NCBI GenBank assembly: GCA_002269645.1
Contig: NIVC01003367.1
Coordinates: forward strand, 1 to 37,270
Source of the DNA: Macrostomum lignano
Taxonomy: Eukaryota
Direction: 5' to 3'
DNA length: 37,270 nucleotides
Shown piece after piece: positions 1-11,142 of the stretch (position 1 is its first letter; each line of letters begins with the position of its first letter). The notes under the pieces are model-generated. The model did no database searches and had not been told where the DNA came from. It saw nothing but the letters and a program-made list of their open reading frames with translations. The position numbers were made by a program, and so were the translations under genes.

Positions 1-316
1 GGGCTTATTGTATTTATAAAGTTAAGCGATCAGATGCTATTGTTACAATATATTATTCGTTTATAAACAAGAACAAGTAATCAGGAAAGGCGGTTATTTC
101 AAGAGTACTGTAATTAATCTTGGTGCGTTACTAACTGTCGGATCGGAGAAGCATTGAGTTCCTTCATTTTAAATTATTAATATTTGATATTTACGCTCAT
201 ACTAACAATATACACTGCATCCGCACTTCTTCATTGCATTGCATTCTCAGACTGTACGGACTTCAAAAGAATTTGGACATTGCGATTCAAAACCGCTTTA
301 CTCATGACGTCACGAG

Positions 317-733
317 GTGAAGAGTGGGATTGTGTGAAGATTGGGAATTATGTGAAGATTGGGGATTGTGTGAAGATTGGGAATTATGTGAAGATTGGGG
401 ATTGTGTGAAGATTGGGAATTATGTGAAGATTGGGGATTGTGTGAAGATTGGGAATTATGTGAAGATTGGGAATTGTGTGAAGACTAGGATTGTGTGAAG
501 ACTAGGATGTGTGAAGATTGTGAATTGTGTGAATATTTGGGAATTGTGTGAAGAGTGGGGATTGTATGAGGATTAGGGATTGCGTGAAGAGTGGGGATTG
601 TATGAGGATTAGGGATTGTGTGAAGAGTGGGGATTGTATGAGGATTAGGGATTGTGGTGAAGAGTGGGATTGTATGAGGATTAGGGATTGTGTGAAGAGT
701 GGGGATTGTATGAGGATTAGGGATTGTGTGAAG
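317..733. repeat. 18-bp GT-rich minisatellite, array A (GGGATTGTGTGAAGATTA/G variants)
   Basis: Tandem 18-bp units read directly; same family as 2378-4270; later units contain TTAGGG. Confidence 0.95.
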
Positions 734-972
734 CAGGGGTGTCGGAACCTGGGCGGGGGTGCACGGGGGGGGGCTAGAGCCCCCCCACCACTTTTTAGCA
801 TGATCCTGCAAGTGCCCTTTTTGAATTTCAAGCAAGTGTCCGCCGATTTTCGGCTTTGGCTTTTCTGAGTCTTGGAAGCTTTGGGTACCAGCTGATGTAA
901 AAGTTCATGTTGTTCTCGATCCCATTCCACTACAGTTTTTATCTAATGTGCCGAAGCCTAGTGCTTTTAGTG

Positions 973-2051
973 CAGGGGTCAGCAAACTTTTTACCTCAAG
1001 GGCCAGAAGATTGAGAACAGCCTGACTGCCCTTCTGCATCGGTCCGCTTCGCTGGGCCCCCTAAGCGAAATGCGCGCCCAGGAATCCCTGATGACTGCGG
1101 GCTATAGGGAGAGAGGATGGGGAATGGAGAACAGAAATACGAGCGCAGGAGAATGGAGAGGCGAAGGAATAAAGGAGAAGAGAGTAGACAAGAAGAGAGA
1201 TAACATAGGAAAGAGAGAGGAGAGGGGAGATGAATGAGGAGTGGAGAGTCGAAATTAATGAGACAGGAGATAAGAAGAGGAGAGAGGAGGGAAGGGAGAA
1301 GAGAATGGAGAGAAAACGGAGATGAGAGGATAGGATAGGAAAGGAGAGGAGATGAGAGGAGAGGAGATAGGTAAAGAGATGAGGGGAGAGGATAGAGGTG
1401 AGGAGATGAGAGGTGAGGATAGAGTTGAGGAGATGAGAGGCGAGGAGAGAGGAGAGGAGAGGAGAGGAGAGAGGTGAGGAAATGAGAGGAAAGAAGAGAG
1501 GAGAGGAGATAGGTAAAGAGATGAGAGAGAGGACAGAGTTGAGGAGATGAGAGGAGAGGATAAGAAATTAGAGGAGAGAGTTGAGGAGATGAGAGGAGAG
1601 GAGAGAGGTGAGGAGATAAGAGGAGAGGAGAGAGATGAGGAGAGGAGATAGGTGAGGAGATGAGAGGTGAGGAGAGAGGTGAGGAGAGGAGATAGGTGTG
1701 GAGATGAGAGGAGAGGACAGAGGTGAGGAGATGAGAGGAGAGGATAAGAAATTAAGGAGAGAGTTGAGGAGATGAGAGGAGAGGAGAGAGGTGAGGAGAT
1801 AAGAGGAGAGGAGAGAGATGAGGAGAGGAGATAGGTGTGGAGATGAGAGGAGAGGACAGAGGTGAGAAGATGAGAGGTGAGGAGAGGAGCGGAGAGGAGA
1901 TTAGAGGAGACTATGAGAAGAGAGAGCTGAGAAGAGACACAAACATCGAGCGGGCCGGATTGCTATTGTGAAGATTTAAAGGACCCAAGGGCCGGATAGA
2001 GAGGCTTTGCGGGGCACATTTGGCCCTCAGGCCGGAGTTTGCCAACCCCTG
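973..2051. mobile_element. Non-autonomous hAT (Charlie-like) MITE with expanded GA-rich interior
   Basis: TIRs CAGGGGTCAGCAAACT (973) and AGTTTGCCAACCCCTG (ends 2051), 14/16 match. 8-bp TSD TTTTAGTG (965-972) / TTTTAGTA (2052-2059), 7/8, with central TA. Confidence 0.85.
1105..1935. repeat. Purine-rich (GAGAG/GAGAT)n low-complexity array inside the MITE
   Basis: Almost pure G/A sequence with GAGGAGAGGAGATGA-type modules. Confidence 0.9.
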
Positions 2052-2377
2052 TTTTAGTATTCAGCCCTTTTACTTTGGCATCTCTGATCGAAATTCCGAG
2101 TCCGCCGCAATCCCAAGACTTAAACCGCTTCTGGCGCTGCAACCAAAAGCACTAAAATGGCGTCAGATAAAAGAATAAAGAGTCAGCGCCAAGAGGAACT
2201 GAAGGAGGCAGCCAAGAGATCCAGAAAATTACTGGTCTTGCCCAGGCAATTTTCATTCATTTCATTTCAGAGATATTTACTAAATACATGTAAATTGATA
2301 GTGCAGTGCAGTTGCGCAATGTTAGAATTTGTTGAAAATTCGAACATTTTTCTGACTTTTGGCCACTTCCAACACTG

Positions 2378-4270
2378 TATGAGAAATTGTATAAGGATTA
2401 GGGATTGTGTGAAGATTAGGGATTGTGTGAAGAGTGGGGATTGTATGAGGATTAGGGATTGTGTGAAGATTAGGGATTGTGTGAAGAGTGGGGATTGTAT
2501 GAGGATTAGGGATTGTGTGAAGATTAGGGATTGTGTGAAGATTAGGGATTGTGTGAAGAGTGGGGATTGTATGAGGATTAGGGATTGTATGAGGATTCGG
2601 GATTGTGTGAAGATTAGGGATTGTGTGAAGAGTGGGGATTGTATGAGGATTAGGGATTGTGTGAAGATTAGGGATTGTGTGAAGAGTGGGGATTGTATGA
2701 GGATTAGGGATTGTGTGAAGATTAGGGATTGTGTGAAGATTAGGGATTGTGTGAAGAGTGGGGATTGTATGAGGATTAGGGATTGTATGAGGATTAGGGA
2801 TTGTGTGAAGATTAGGGATTGTGTGAAGAGTGGGGATTGTATGAGGATTAGGGATTGTGTGAAGATTAGGGATTGTGTGAAGAGTGGGGATTGTATGAGG
2901 ATTAGGGATTGTGTGAAGATTAGGGATTGTGTGAAGAGTGGGGATTGTATGAGGATTAGGGATTGTGTGAAGATTAGGGATTGTGTGAAGATTAGGGATT
3001 GTGTGAAGAGTGGGGATTGTATGAGGATTAGGGATTGTATGAGGATTAGGGATTGTGTGAAGATTAGGGATTGTGTGAAGAGTGGGGATTGTATGAGGAT
3101 TAGGGATTGTGTGAAGATTAGGGATTGTGTGAAGAGTGGGGATTGTATGAGGATTAGGGATTGTGTGAAGATTAGGGATTGTGTGAAGATTAGGGATTGT
3201 GTGAAGAGTGGGGATTGTATGAGGATTAGGGATTGTATGAGGATTCGGGATTGTGTGAAGATTAGGGATTGTGTGAAGAGTGGGGATTGTATGAGGATTA
3301 GGGATTGTGTGAAGATTAGGGATTGTGTGAAGAGTGGGGATTGTATGAGGATTAGGGATTGTGTGAGATTAGGGATTGTGTGAAGATTAGGGATTGTGTG
3401 AAGAGTGGGGATTGTATGAGGATTAGGGATTGTATGAGGATTAGGGATTGTGTGAAGATTAGGGATTGTGTGAAGAGTGGGGATTGTATGAGGATTAGGG
3501 ATTGTGTGAAGATTAGGGATTGTGTGAAGAGTGGGATTATATGAGGATTAGGGATTGTATGAGGATTAGGGATTGTGTGAAGATTAGGGATTGTGTGAAG
3601 AGTGGGGATTGTATGAGGATTAGGGATTGTGTGAAGATTAGGGATTGTGTGAAGATTAGGGATTGTGTGAAGAGTGGGGATTGTATGAGGATTAGGGATT
3701 GTATGAGGATTAGGGATTGTGTGAAGATTAGGGATTGTGTGAAGAGTGGGGATTGTATGAGGATTAGGGATTGTGTGAAGATTAGGGATTGTGTGAAGAT
3801 TAGGGATTGTAAGAGTGGGGATTGTATGAGGATTAGGGATTGTGTGAAGATTAGGGATTTTGTGAAGAGTGGGGATTGTATGAGGATTAGGGATTGTGTG
3901 AAGATTAGGGATTGTGTGAAGAGTGGGGATTGTATGAGGATTAGGGATTGTGTGAAGATTAGGGATTGTGGGAAGATTAGGGATTGTGGGAAGAGTGGGG
4001 ATTGTATGAGGATTAGGGATTGTGTGAAGATTAGGGATTGTGTGAAGATTAGGGATTGTGTGAGGATTAGGAATTGTGTGAGGATTAGGGATTGTGTGAG
4101 GATTAGGGATTGTGTTAAGATTAGGGATTGTGTGAATATTGGGGATTGTGTGAAGAATGGAGATTGTGTGAAGATTGGGGATTGTGTGAAGAATGGAGAT
4201 TGTGTGAAGATTGGGGATTGTGTGAAGATTGGGGATTGTGTGAAGAGTGGAGATTGTGTGAAGATTGGGG
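2378..4270. repeat. 18-bp minisatellite, array B, with three recurring variant units
   Basis: Units GGGATTGTGTGAAGATTA, GGGATTGTGTGAAGAGTG and GGGATTGTATGAGGATTA alternate in higher-order patterns. Source of the repetitive ORFs 2157..3383, 3520..4356 and 3537..4340. Confidence 0.97.
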
Positions 4271-5121
4271 TTTTGTACTCAGAGCCTGCAGCAGCCAAAA
4301 TCAAGCAAAATAACAAAAAATACTTTGAAAAAGAACGCACTACACGTAAATTTTAGTAGAAAATGCAACAAATTTACACGCATTAAGGAATATTGTTCCA
4401 GTAACATTGGTTGAAATTGCCAAAAGCTCAAAAGAAGTCAATTTTCTTCGCAGAAATTTCCCTACGGAGCAATTGCCCTTCGCCACCCTCGAGTAATTAC
4501 TCTCCAATAATCGATTTGCATGCATCGATGAACTCGAAAGGCCCGGATGTCCCGTGTAACGAGAACGCGCCTTCGAAGACTCTGATTGGATTAAGCAAAG
4601 TGCCACCCATCAGGACTGGAAGTCAGCGCGCGCAGACGGCAGCTCTGAGGCGTGGAATGAAAAAGTGTGCAAACACGGCAGGGAATTCCGGATCCCCACA
4701 GGCTGCAAGCATCCGATGGGAAAATTGGGAGAAAGAATTCACGAACAAGTTTTGTAGGCCGAGACCAAGAAAATTTAAATCCACTGCAGTTCCCTCCAGC
4801 GGTAGCGCCTGCTGGAGCCTTAATTTGCGCGTTTGCCTCTCAAACAGATCCCCATCTCACTCTCACTCCCTCTTCACCCCGTGAACTACTCAAGATGCAG
4901 CTGTCTTCGACAAGCGGTCTGTCGCGTCTATTTTGTTTGCCTACATATATGAGTAAAGCTAGTATATAATAGTGTGCATGCATTATTCGTACATATGTAT
5001 TCACAAGACAGCGCTGGTCGTTTGAATTGCCTGTTAGACTTTTTTTACGTCATGAATATACCTTAGGCTTGGCCTATCGGTTATAGAGATAAAATTTGAT
5101 CAGTTTGATTTGTTTCTCACT

Positions 5122-5202
5122 CAGGGGCGCCAGCACCGGGGGCGTCAGCACTGGGGGCGCCAACAACAGGGGGCTCCGCGAGGGCGCCAACACTGGAAGG
5201 CG
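5122..5202. repeat. Short GC-rich GGGGGCGCCA(A/G)CAC repeat block, possible DNA-transposon end
   Basis: About four degenerate ~16-bp units starting CAGGGGCGCC in AT-rich context; no partner TIR found. Confidence 0.35.
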
Positions 5203-7389
5203 CAAAATACATGTGTAACATATGTACTTTTGCTATAGCCAATTACGCCTTATACTCTGATCTGAAAAAAACAGTGTGCAGTCCCTCTCTCTACGTAACA
5301 GTATCAAATAATTTTTCTATCAATCATCCTGCTGGAACGGCCATCACGTGTACGTGTATAAATTTATTTTTGTCGCCTACTAGCGATTGAAGATACATGT
5401 AAAAATTATGGGACTAGAGAGAAGGAATTGAATACTTTATACATGCATATATGTATTTGCATGCAGCACAAATACGATATAGACGCTCATATAATGATCT
5501 ACAGCACGTAGTACCTACTGTGCTTGTGCTTAGCTAAACTAGCTTCGAGCGTCGAGCGGTACAGTAAACAGAGAACTTCCGGAAGCATGACAGAGATCTA
5601 CATGTACGCTCGTAGAAATGAAGAAACCTAATAAAAATCCAAATTTTCTAGTATGTGAAATAGACTCACTTTACAATTACAATAAATTAATTCACATTCT
5701 TTTGAGTCTATATTAGTCTAGGGATTTCAAACTTTCACGTGTTTGTGGGCCAGTGCAGAACCATCACCTGATCACCTGCACCTTCACGTAACAATAATTG
5801 TCTATACGAGCCTTAAAATACGCCATATATGTAAACATTTCAAAATTTAGACGATGAAACTGCATGTATTATGTAATAACATATTGTTATTGATATTATA
5901 CTATTTATTAATAGCTGCATTAATTGCCTACATTCGTTATTGCTTCTTGCTTCTTACATTTATCCAAATCCTAAAGTAAATAAGGGGGGAAGCTAGCTGT
6001 TACCATGGATAGCATGATGTACAAGAAATGCATATGAATACTTGTTTTATAACTAAAAAAATTTGATTATCATATTTTATATTTAATAAAAAAGCTGACT
6101 TTGACGTCTATTTTGTTTTAGTTTAAGACTTTTTTAAAATTAGTTAAATATATGCACGTGACTGTACAGCGACAAGCCGAATTGTTCCTCTTATAATAAT
6201 ACTATAGGGCCTACATCTTTACAGTCAAATGCATGTCATTACGTACGATGCAGACAAGTAGTTTAGTCTACATAGTGGAAAATATATATAGTAAAGGCTT
6301 CGTTGTGTTCGTAGATTTTGTTGTATATTTATTTATTTAATGCGTCGAGAGTAACCTGTAACCTTCCTCCTAGGCCTAGATAGCCTATTCTCAACTTTTG
6401 TCATGTTAGTAGGCCTAGTTATTGCCCTAGAGCTTTTAGTAGACCTAGCTCTGGACGAACCCAGCCCTAGTTCGCTTGTGACTAAAACCTATTAAGGACG
6501 AATGAGTATCGCATAAGTAGGCCTAGTATAGTAGGCCATAGGGCCTACTCACAGGTCACAGACTCACAGCCAGTCAAAGGCGAGTCACAGTAGGCCTAGG
6601 CCCTATGCTTTTTTGCTTTAGACAACAAACAGAATAGTAAGAAAAGGCAATAATTTAATGGTCTTGGTGTGCTTTTATTGGCCTGGCACTTCTTTAAGTC
6701 TGACAAATATTAATATGTGCTTTTATATAGGCCCTACATTATCCTTATGGTTATGTTGACTTTATTTAAGAATTAGGCCTATTTATTTGTCTATCCATTA
6801 ACATTTCTAGTCTACAAAATGACCAAGTAATAAATAGGTAATAAGGCCTAGAGCAGAGAAATTAAAACATTGATTAAGCTTAATGTTTAAAATAATAAAA
6901 AATGTCAATTCTAGTCTAAAACTAGAAGCTTAAAACTTTAACTTAAAAAAGTCGCAATGATTTTGTTAATTTTTTTTAACTTTACCTTTAGGCCCTAGTC
7001 TAGTCAAGTATACTATACTAGACTATACTATACTATACTATACTAGGGCCCTAGGCCCTAAGTTATAAATTTTAATCTTTCCAGTTTTTAAGCTTGTAAC
7101 ATAGCATTTAAACAAATGTTTGTTCAGTTTATACATATAAATTTTCCACTATAGATAGGCCCTGGCCCTAGTATAGGCAAGGATAAAAAGCAACCAAATT
7201 ATCTGCCAAAAATATTCTTTACGTAATACAGAAAGGTATTTATTGTCACAATGCAAAAATATCATTTATTGTTACAACACTAGCATAGATTTCAGAGTAG
7301 GCATGCACTAAATTTTTTTTATATGCATTTGTAACTATTCAGTTTTTGTTTACGTATGCACTAAGTATTCTAGACTATAGGGCTAAGTA

Positions 7390-7754
7390 AAGGGGCCGTA
7401 GCCCAGCGGTAGCGCAGCTGCTCTGGTATGCCAGCGACCCAGGCTCAATTCCAAGTGCAGTCACATTAATTTGGGTCTGAATTGGAATCTCGGCTTGGCT
7501 CTGCTCGTGCAATTAACAGCCTTGAGAGCCAACCCCCCCAAGGCGCAGTGAAGTGTACATGCCTAATGATAATATAAAGTTAGGGCCGCTGTATACTCCT
7601 GTGTGAGTGTGTGCCTGTGTACGTATCCGCGCGCTTGTGTGCCTACTCAGGGGAGTCGGCGGAATGGGCAGCAATGCCTCTCGCCGGTTGTGTGCCCATG
7701 TTGCTTAAAGTGCGCCAGGATGCACACAACCCCCCTGCCTCTAATAAAAAAAAA
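7390..7754 (+). mobile_element. Full-length tRNA-derived SINE
   Basis: tRNA-like head GGGGCCGTAGCCCAGCGGT (A box) and GGCTCAATTCC (B-box-like), unique body, AATAAAAAAAAAA tail (7743-7755), flanked by direct repeat ATAGGGCTAAGTA (7377-7389 and 7755-7767). A second copy lies at 11143-11356. Confidence 0.88.
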
Positions 7755-7765
7755 ATAGGGCTAAG

Positions 7766-8246
7766 TAGTGTTCCGCCGCCGCGAGTTTTGACCTCCGTAA
7801 CCGTAACCGTAGCCGTAAGAAAGAAGCAACTTCCGTAGCCGAATTTTGCCGTCATTATGGGCTAAAAAAGTCCATAACCGTAATTTGCCGTAACCGTAGC
7901 CGTAATTTTGAGAAAATTCGTGAAAAAATTCGTTTTTCATTTTCAAGAAGTTTCGTAGATATTTAGAAACTTAACAAATGTAAAAAATAATAATAACTAG
8001 TAAAACAAAATGAAAACTGGTTGAAGTTGATATAAAAAAATTCTTTTATAACACTAAACAGTTAAAAATAAATAATTTTTGTTACGGCTACCAATTATGG
8101 CAAGTCTAGAAAAATCTCCGTAATCCGTAACTGTAACCGTAAGCTCAAAATATGTCCGTAACCATAATCCGTAATGAAAATATGGCTTCAAAAGTGTCGT
8201 AGCCGTAATTTGCCGTAGCCGTAGCCATAATTACGGCGGAACACTA
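7766..8246. mobile_element. hAT-type MITE with CCGTA(A/G) subterminal repeats
   Basis: Perfect 13-bp TIR TAGTGTTCCGCCG (7766-7778) / CGGCGGAACACTA (8234-8246); perfect 8-bp TSD GGGCTAAG (7758-7765, 8247-8254); many CCGTAA/CCGTAG motifs near both ends. Confidence 0.9.
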
Positions 8247-8800
8247 GGGCTAAGGCCTATATTAAAAAATTTTTTTATTTTTTATGTTGGCCTATATGCT
8301 AGACTTTCTAAACTAACATTGTACATTTAAATTAATAATTTTTGGTAACAGAATATCTTAATGACAATTGTTTTAGTAATAAGCAAAAGTCATTTTCTTG
8401 TCTTTTAAAGAAGACCTTTTGATGATAGCTATTGTAGCTTTTAGCATAAAATTATCCTGTATTTTAAGGTAAATAAAGCCTAAAAGTTTAGATTGTTATA
8501 AAATAGTAAAGTATTGATTTACTAAATTTTTGTTTATTGACTTTATACAGTTGCAGTCTTTTCTATTTATTGTAACTTCTAAACCCCTATAGACTTATTG
8601 CTTTTCTCATTTCATAAGGATCCTCATAAACATAGAGCCTTAAGTCTAGGTTTAAATGTCTCAATATTCTAGAAGAAATTGGGAACAATCTGCAAAAAAT
8701 AAAACAATATGTTAATTCAAATCTTTCTTCAAAATAGGTCAACTCATTTTTCAATAAAAATTTTAAGATATATACAATATAGAAATAACTTCAAACTAAT

Positions 8801-9043
8801 AATATGAAGTGCCTCCTATCACTAAAATGACCAACTCACCAAATCTTCCATTTTTCACCAAAGGTGAAATGTGTCTATCATAGAAGCAACTTGTAAAATC
8901 AACTGGCACCTATACACTTAGTATAATAAATGAATATAAATAACAAATAGTCATTTAGGTAATAAAGTTGCTTTTATGACAAACACACTAAAAATGAATT
9001 ATTTAGTTAATAGTCATTTTAGTAATAGGCATTTTATAATATT
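8801..9043. mobile_element. Old degenerate MITE (inverted-repeat bounded)
   Basis: CCTATCACTAAAATGAC (8815-8831) is the reverse complement of GTCATTTTAGTAATAGG (9013-9029) at 16/17, with weaker similarity extending outward. Confidence 0.4.
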
Positions 9044-9804
9044 AGTTTATAGTTTTTTGTTGATTTTTATATTTCATTTATTTCTAAAATTCCATTTAAA
9101 TTGAAAAGATAAGTTTTCACTTTCAATATTTTTTTCTATAATAATTATTACCAAGGATCTTATAATTGGAATTCTAAAATTACTTTTGCTTGTTGCCAAA
9201 ACAATTGTTAACAAAATGTCTTTTTACCAAAATAACTGTAATCCCAAAAACTAGGAAGTGGTTGCCATCAATAAAAGTAGCTTTTCTTGATTAAAAACCA
9301 AGCTGAATGCATTTTTTAATGTTTAAATTATTCAAAACATAAGCACAACAAAGAAAAACTTTTATTTTCTAGTTGTGACAAGATAAAAATACAACTAAAG
9401 TTAACATGCACATCGTCAAGATTGTTGATTAACTCTACTTGTTTAAGTGTTAAATTGCATTAAATATTTTTTATTGCTCAAGCATTCCATTCATTATATT
9501 TATATGGATAAGAGCATAAATGATAAAGGAATGTTAATTATTTTTTATTATTTAGCAAGAAATATTACTATAAGTAATTTAATGTTGTTTATAAGTTGTT
9601 TATATAGTTTATTATAGTAATAATTATTATTATTCATCTGGCTGCTAAGCCAGATGCTTAGCAGTGTAATTGGTAGGGTAGAGATGTTGGTATTTTTATT
9701 GATTTTGAGGTAAAATTACAGTGGAATGTTAAAGTATATAATTGACCTTTTCCAGCCATTTTCATTGCAAAGTGAGGACGATTTTGTATGCTAGCAACTC
9801 AAAC

Positions 9805-10542
9805 ATGGACATATCTGATGACACATCTCAGCACTGCTCCATGGAAATGGAGGTCTGCTGTCTCTCAGACGCTGATCAAGCGATTGCACCAACAGAGGCT
9901 ACAGAGGCATCAGCGGCAGCTGTAGGTGTTGCAGACGATGCGGCAACACCGCCTCAGCAGCTGGACTCTCAATACCTGTTGCATCATCCGGCCCTGTCGA
10001 CACCGCTGGGACTTCGGTATCGCCAAGTTCGACAAGCTCGAATACCATCGCTTGTTAGCGAGGCTGCTGGCGTCAAGCCCCAGCATCAGCAGGCAGTGGC
10101 TGCTGCCAACAATCCTGTCGGTTTGTCGACTCCGTCTCCAACAACGCCTCCATCGTCTGTTAGCAGTGGCTCCTTGCTTGGCATCGGAGCGGCTGGCGGA
10201 GCCGGAGACTGCAGCGTGGGAGGCAGCAGCGGCAGCAGCGACCTGCCGGTGGTTCGCGAACAGGCCAACCAGTTCTTTAGAATTGTCGCCGAGGAGCGAA
10301 ATATGCTGTCCAGACGGTTGCGTCGATTTAGTAATAACCAGCTGCAGACGGCGCCAGCTAAGATGCTCATGCTTGGCTACTCAAAGCAGCAACAGCAGCA
10401 GCAGCAAACTGGAAGCAACAATCTGGCCGTTAATCGAGTTTTAACATTCGACGAAGATGACGAGCAACAAAGCGAAAATAACAATAGCAAAGCTGTTGCC
10501 GCTGCCGCCCCGCTAATCCGGTCGACCCCGACGCTCTGCTGA
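9805..10542 (+). CDS. wee1: Wee1-like kinase, N-terminal regulatory region (exon 1, 5' frame; ends at a TGA overlapping the next ATG)
   Basis: First in-frame ATG at 9805; S/T-P-rich, Q/A-rich sequence with an RxL-like motif (NRVLTF). TGA 10540-10542 overlaps ATG 10542-10544. Confidence 0.65.
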   Translation: MDISDDTSQHCSMEMEVCCLSDADQAIAPTEATEASAAAVGVADDAATPPQQLDSQYLLHHPALSTPLGLRYRQVRQARIPSLVSEAAGVKPQHQQAVAAANNPVGLSTPSPTTPPSSVSSGSLLGIGAAGGAGDCSVGGSSGSSDLPVVREQANQFFRIVAEERNMLSRRLRRFSNNQLQTAPAKMLMLGYSKQQQQQQQTGSNNLAVNRVLTFDEDDEQQSENNNSKAVAAAAPLIRSTPTLC

Positions 10543-11078
10543 TGCCGCCGCCGAAGTATCTGATGACGCGTAGTCATGCTCAGCAGGCCCAGCATCACCA
10601 GCAAGTGGCGCCATCGCAGCAGCATCATCCCTCCCCAGCTACAATGCACCAGTCTGCTTCCGATCAGTTGTTGCAGACATTGCGAGCTGCTCAGCTCCGA
10701 ATGTACAGACAGTCAGGCGTGCTGAGCCGCCTGTCCGGTTCCAACATCAACCGCTGCACTCCGGACGGCCGACGCCGGCTGAGCTGCGGCAATCCGTCGG
10801 CCTCCGTTAGTAGCAGTTCGAACTCCGTCGGCGCCAGCAACAGCGGCTCCGGCTGGGGTCGAGTGGTGGACGAGCGACTGTTGAATTCGGACCGTCTGTC
10901 GAAGGAATTCGACTTGACTGACCTGGCCAACACGAGGCAGCTGGCCAGCGGCTCCTTTGGCTACGTGTTCTCCGCTATCAACCGGCTGGATGGCTGCATC
11001 TACTGCATCAAAACTGCTCAAACTAGGAAGCATAGAGATGGCCCGACCGCGTCTGCGCAGACTCGAGAAGGAATTCAG
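10542..11078 (+). CDS. wee1: Wee1-like kinase exon 1, 3' frame: Wee-box-like motif and kinase subdomains I-II
   Basis: NINRCTPD (10743-10766) aligns with the Wee-box NINPFTPD; RLSKEF..LASGSFGYV..RLDGCIYCIK aligns with Wee1 SRYTTEF..IGSGEFGSV..RLDGCIYAIK. Phase-0 donor CAG|GTGAGG at 11079. Confidence 0.85.
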
Positions 11079-11142
11079 GTGAGGATTTGTCATTGTTTGT
11101 CAATTCTTATTGTTATTAGTGCCAGGGGATTTTGTTTTGTGG

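Larger units (their letters stand above)
734..2377. mobile_element. Possible degenerate hAT-like DNA element that splits the 18-bp satellite
   Basis: The satellite stops abruptly at CAGGGGTGTCGGAACC (734), followed by a G/C-run subterminal motif. It resumes after TTCCAACACTG (2367-2377), a gapped reverse complement of that start. No clean TSD. Contains the nested MITE 973-2051. Confidence 0.35.

Noticed and set aside
1060-1105. Hammerhead-ribozyme-like GAAA..CTGATGA words
   Set aside because: Stems I and III cannot be formed between the core motifs.
2157-3383. 408-aa Cys-rich repeat ORF (RIRDCVK..) with an ATG and a plausible-looking N-terminus
   Set aside because: The body is the 18-bp satellite, whose period is a multiple of 3 and lacks stops in this frame; 1-nt indels break the frame at about 3365 and later. 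The first ~25 aa may be a transposon ORF remnant, but I cannot identify it.
4411-4969. GC-richer segment with ORFs 4411..4884 and 4667..4969
   Set aside because: No recognisable motif in any of the six frames, and the alternative frames have stops; possibly a decayed TE, but unsupported.
7392-7464. tRNA gene
   Set aside because: The acceptor and anticodon stems do not pair properly and the B box is mutated. It continues into a repeated body with an A tail and TSD, so it is a SINE head.
10500-10545. Programmed -1 ribosomal frameshift in Wee1 (also considered at 35110-35175)
   Set aside because: No X XXY YYZ slippery heptamer before the stop in either region.
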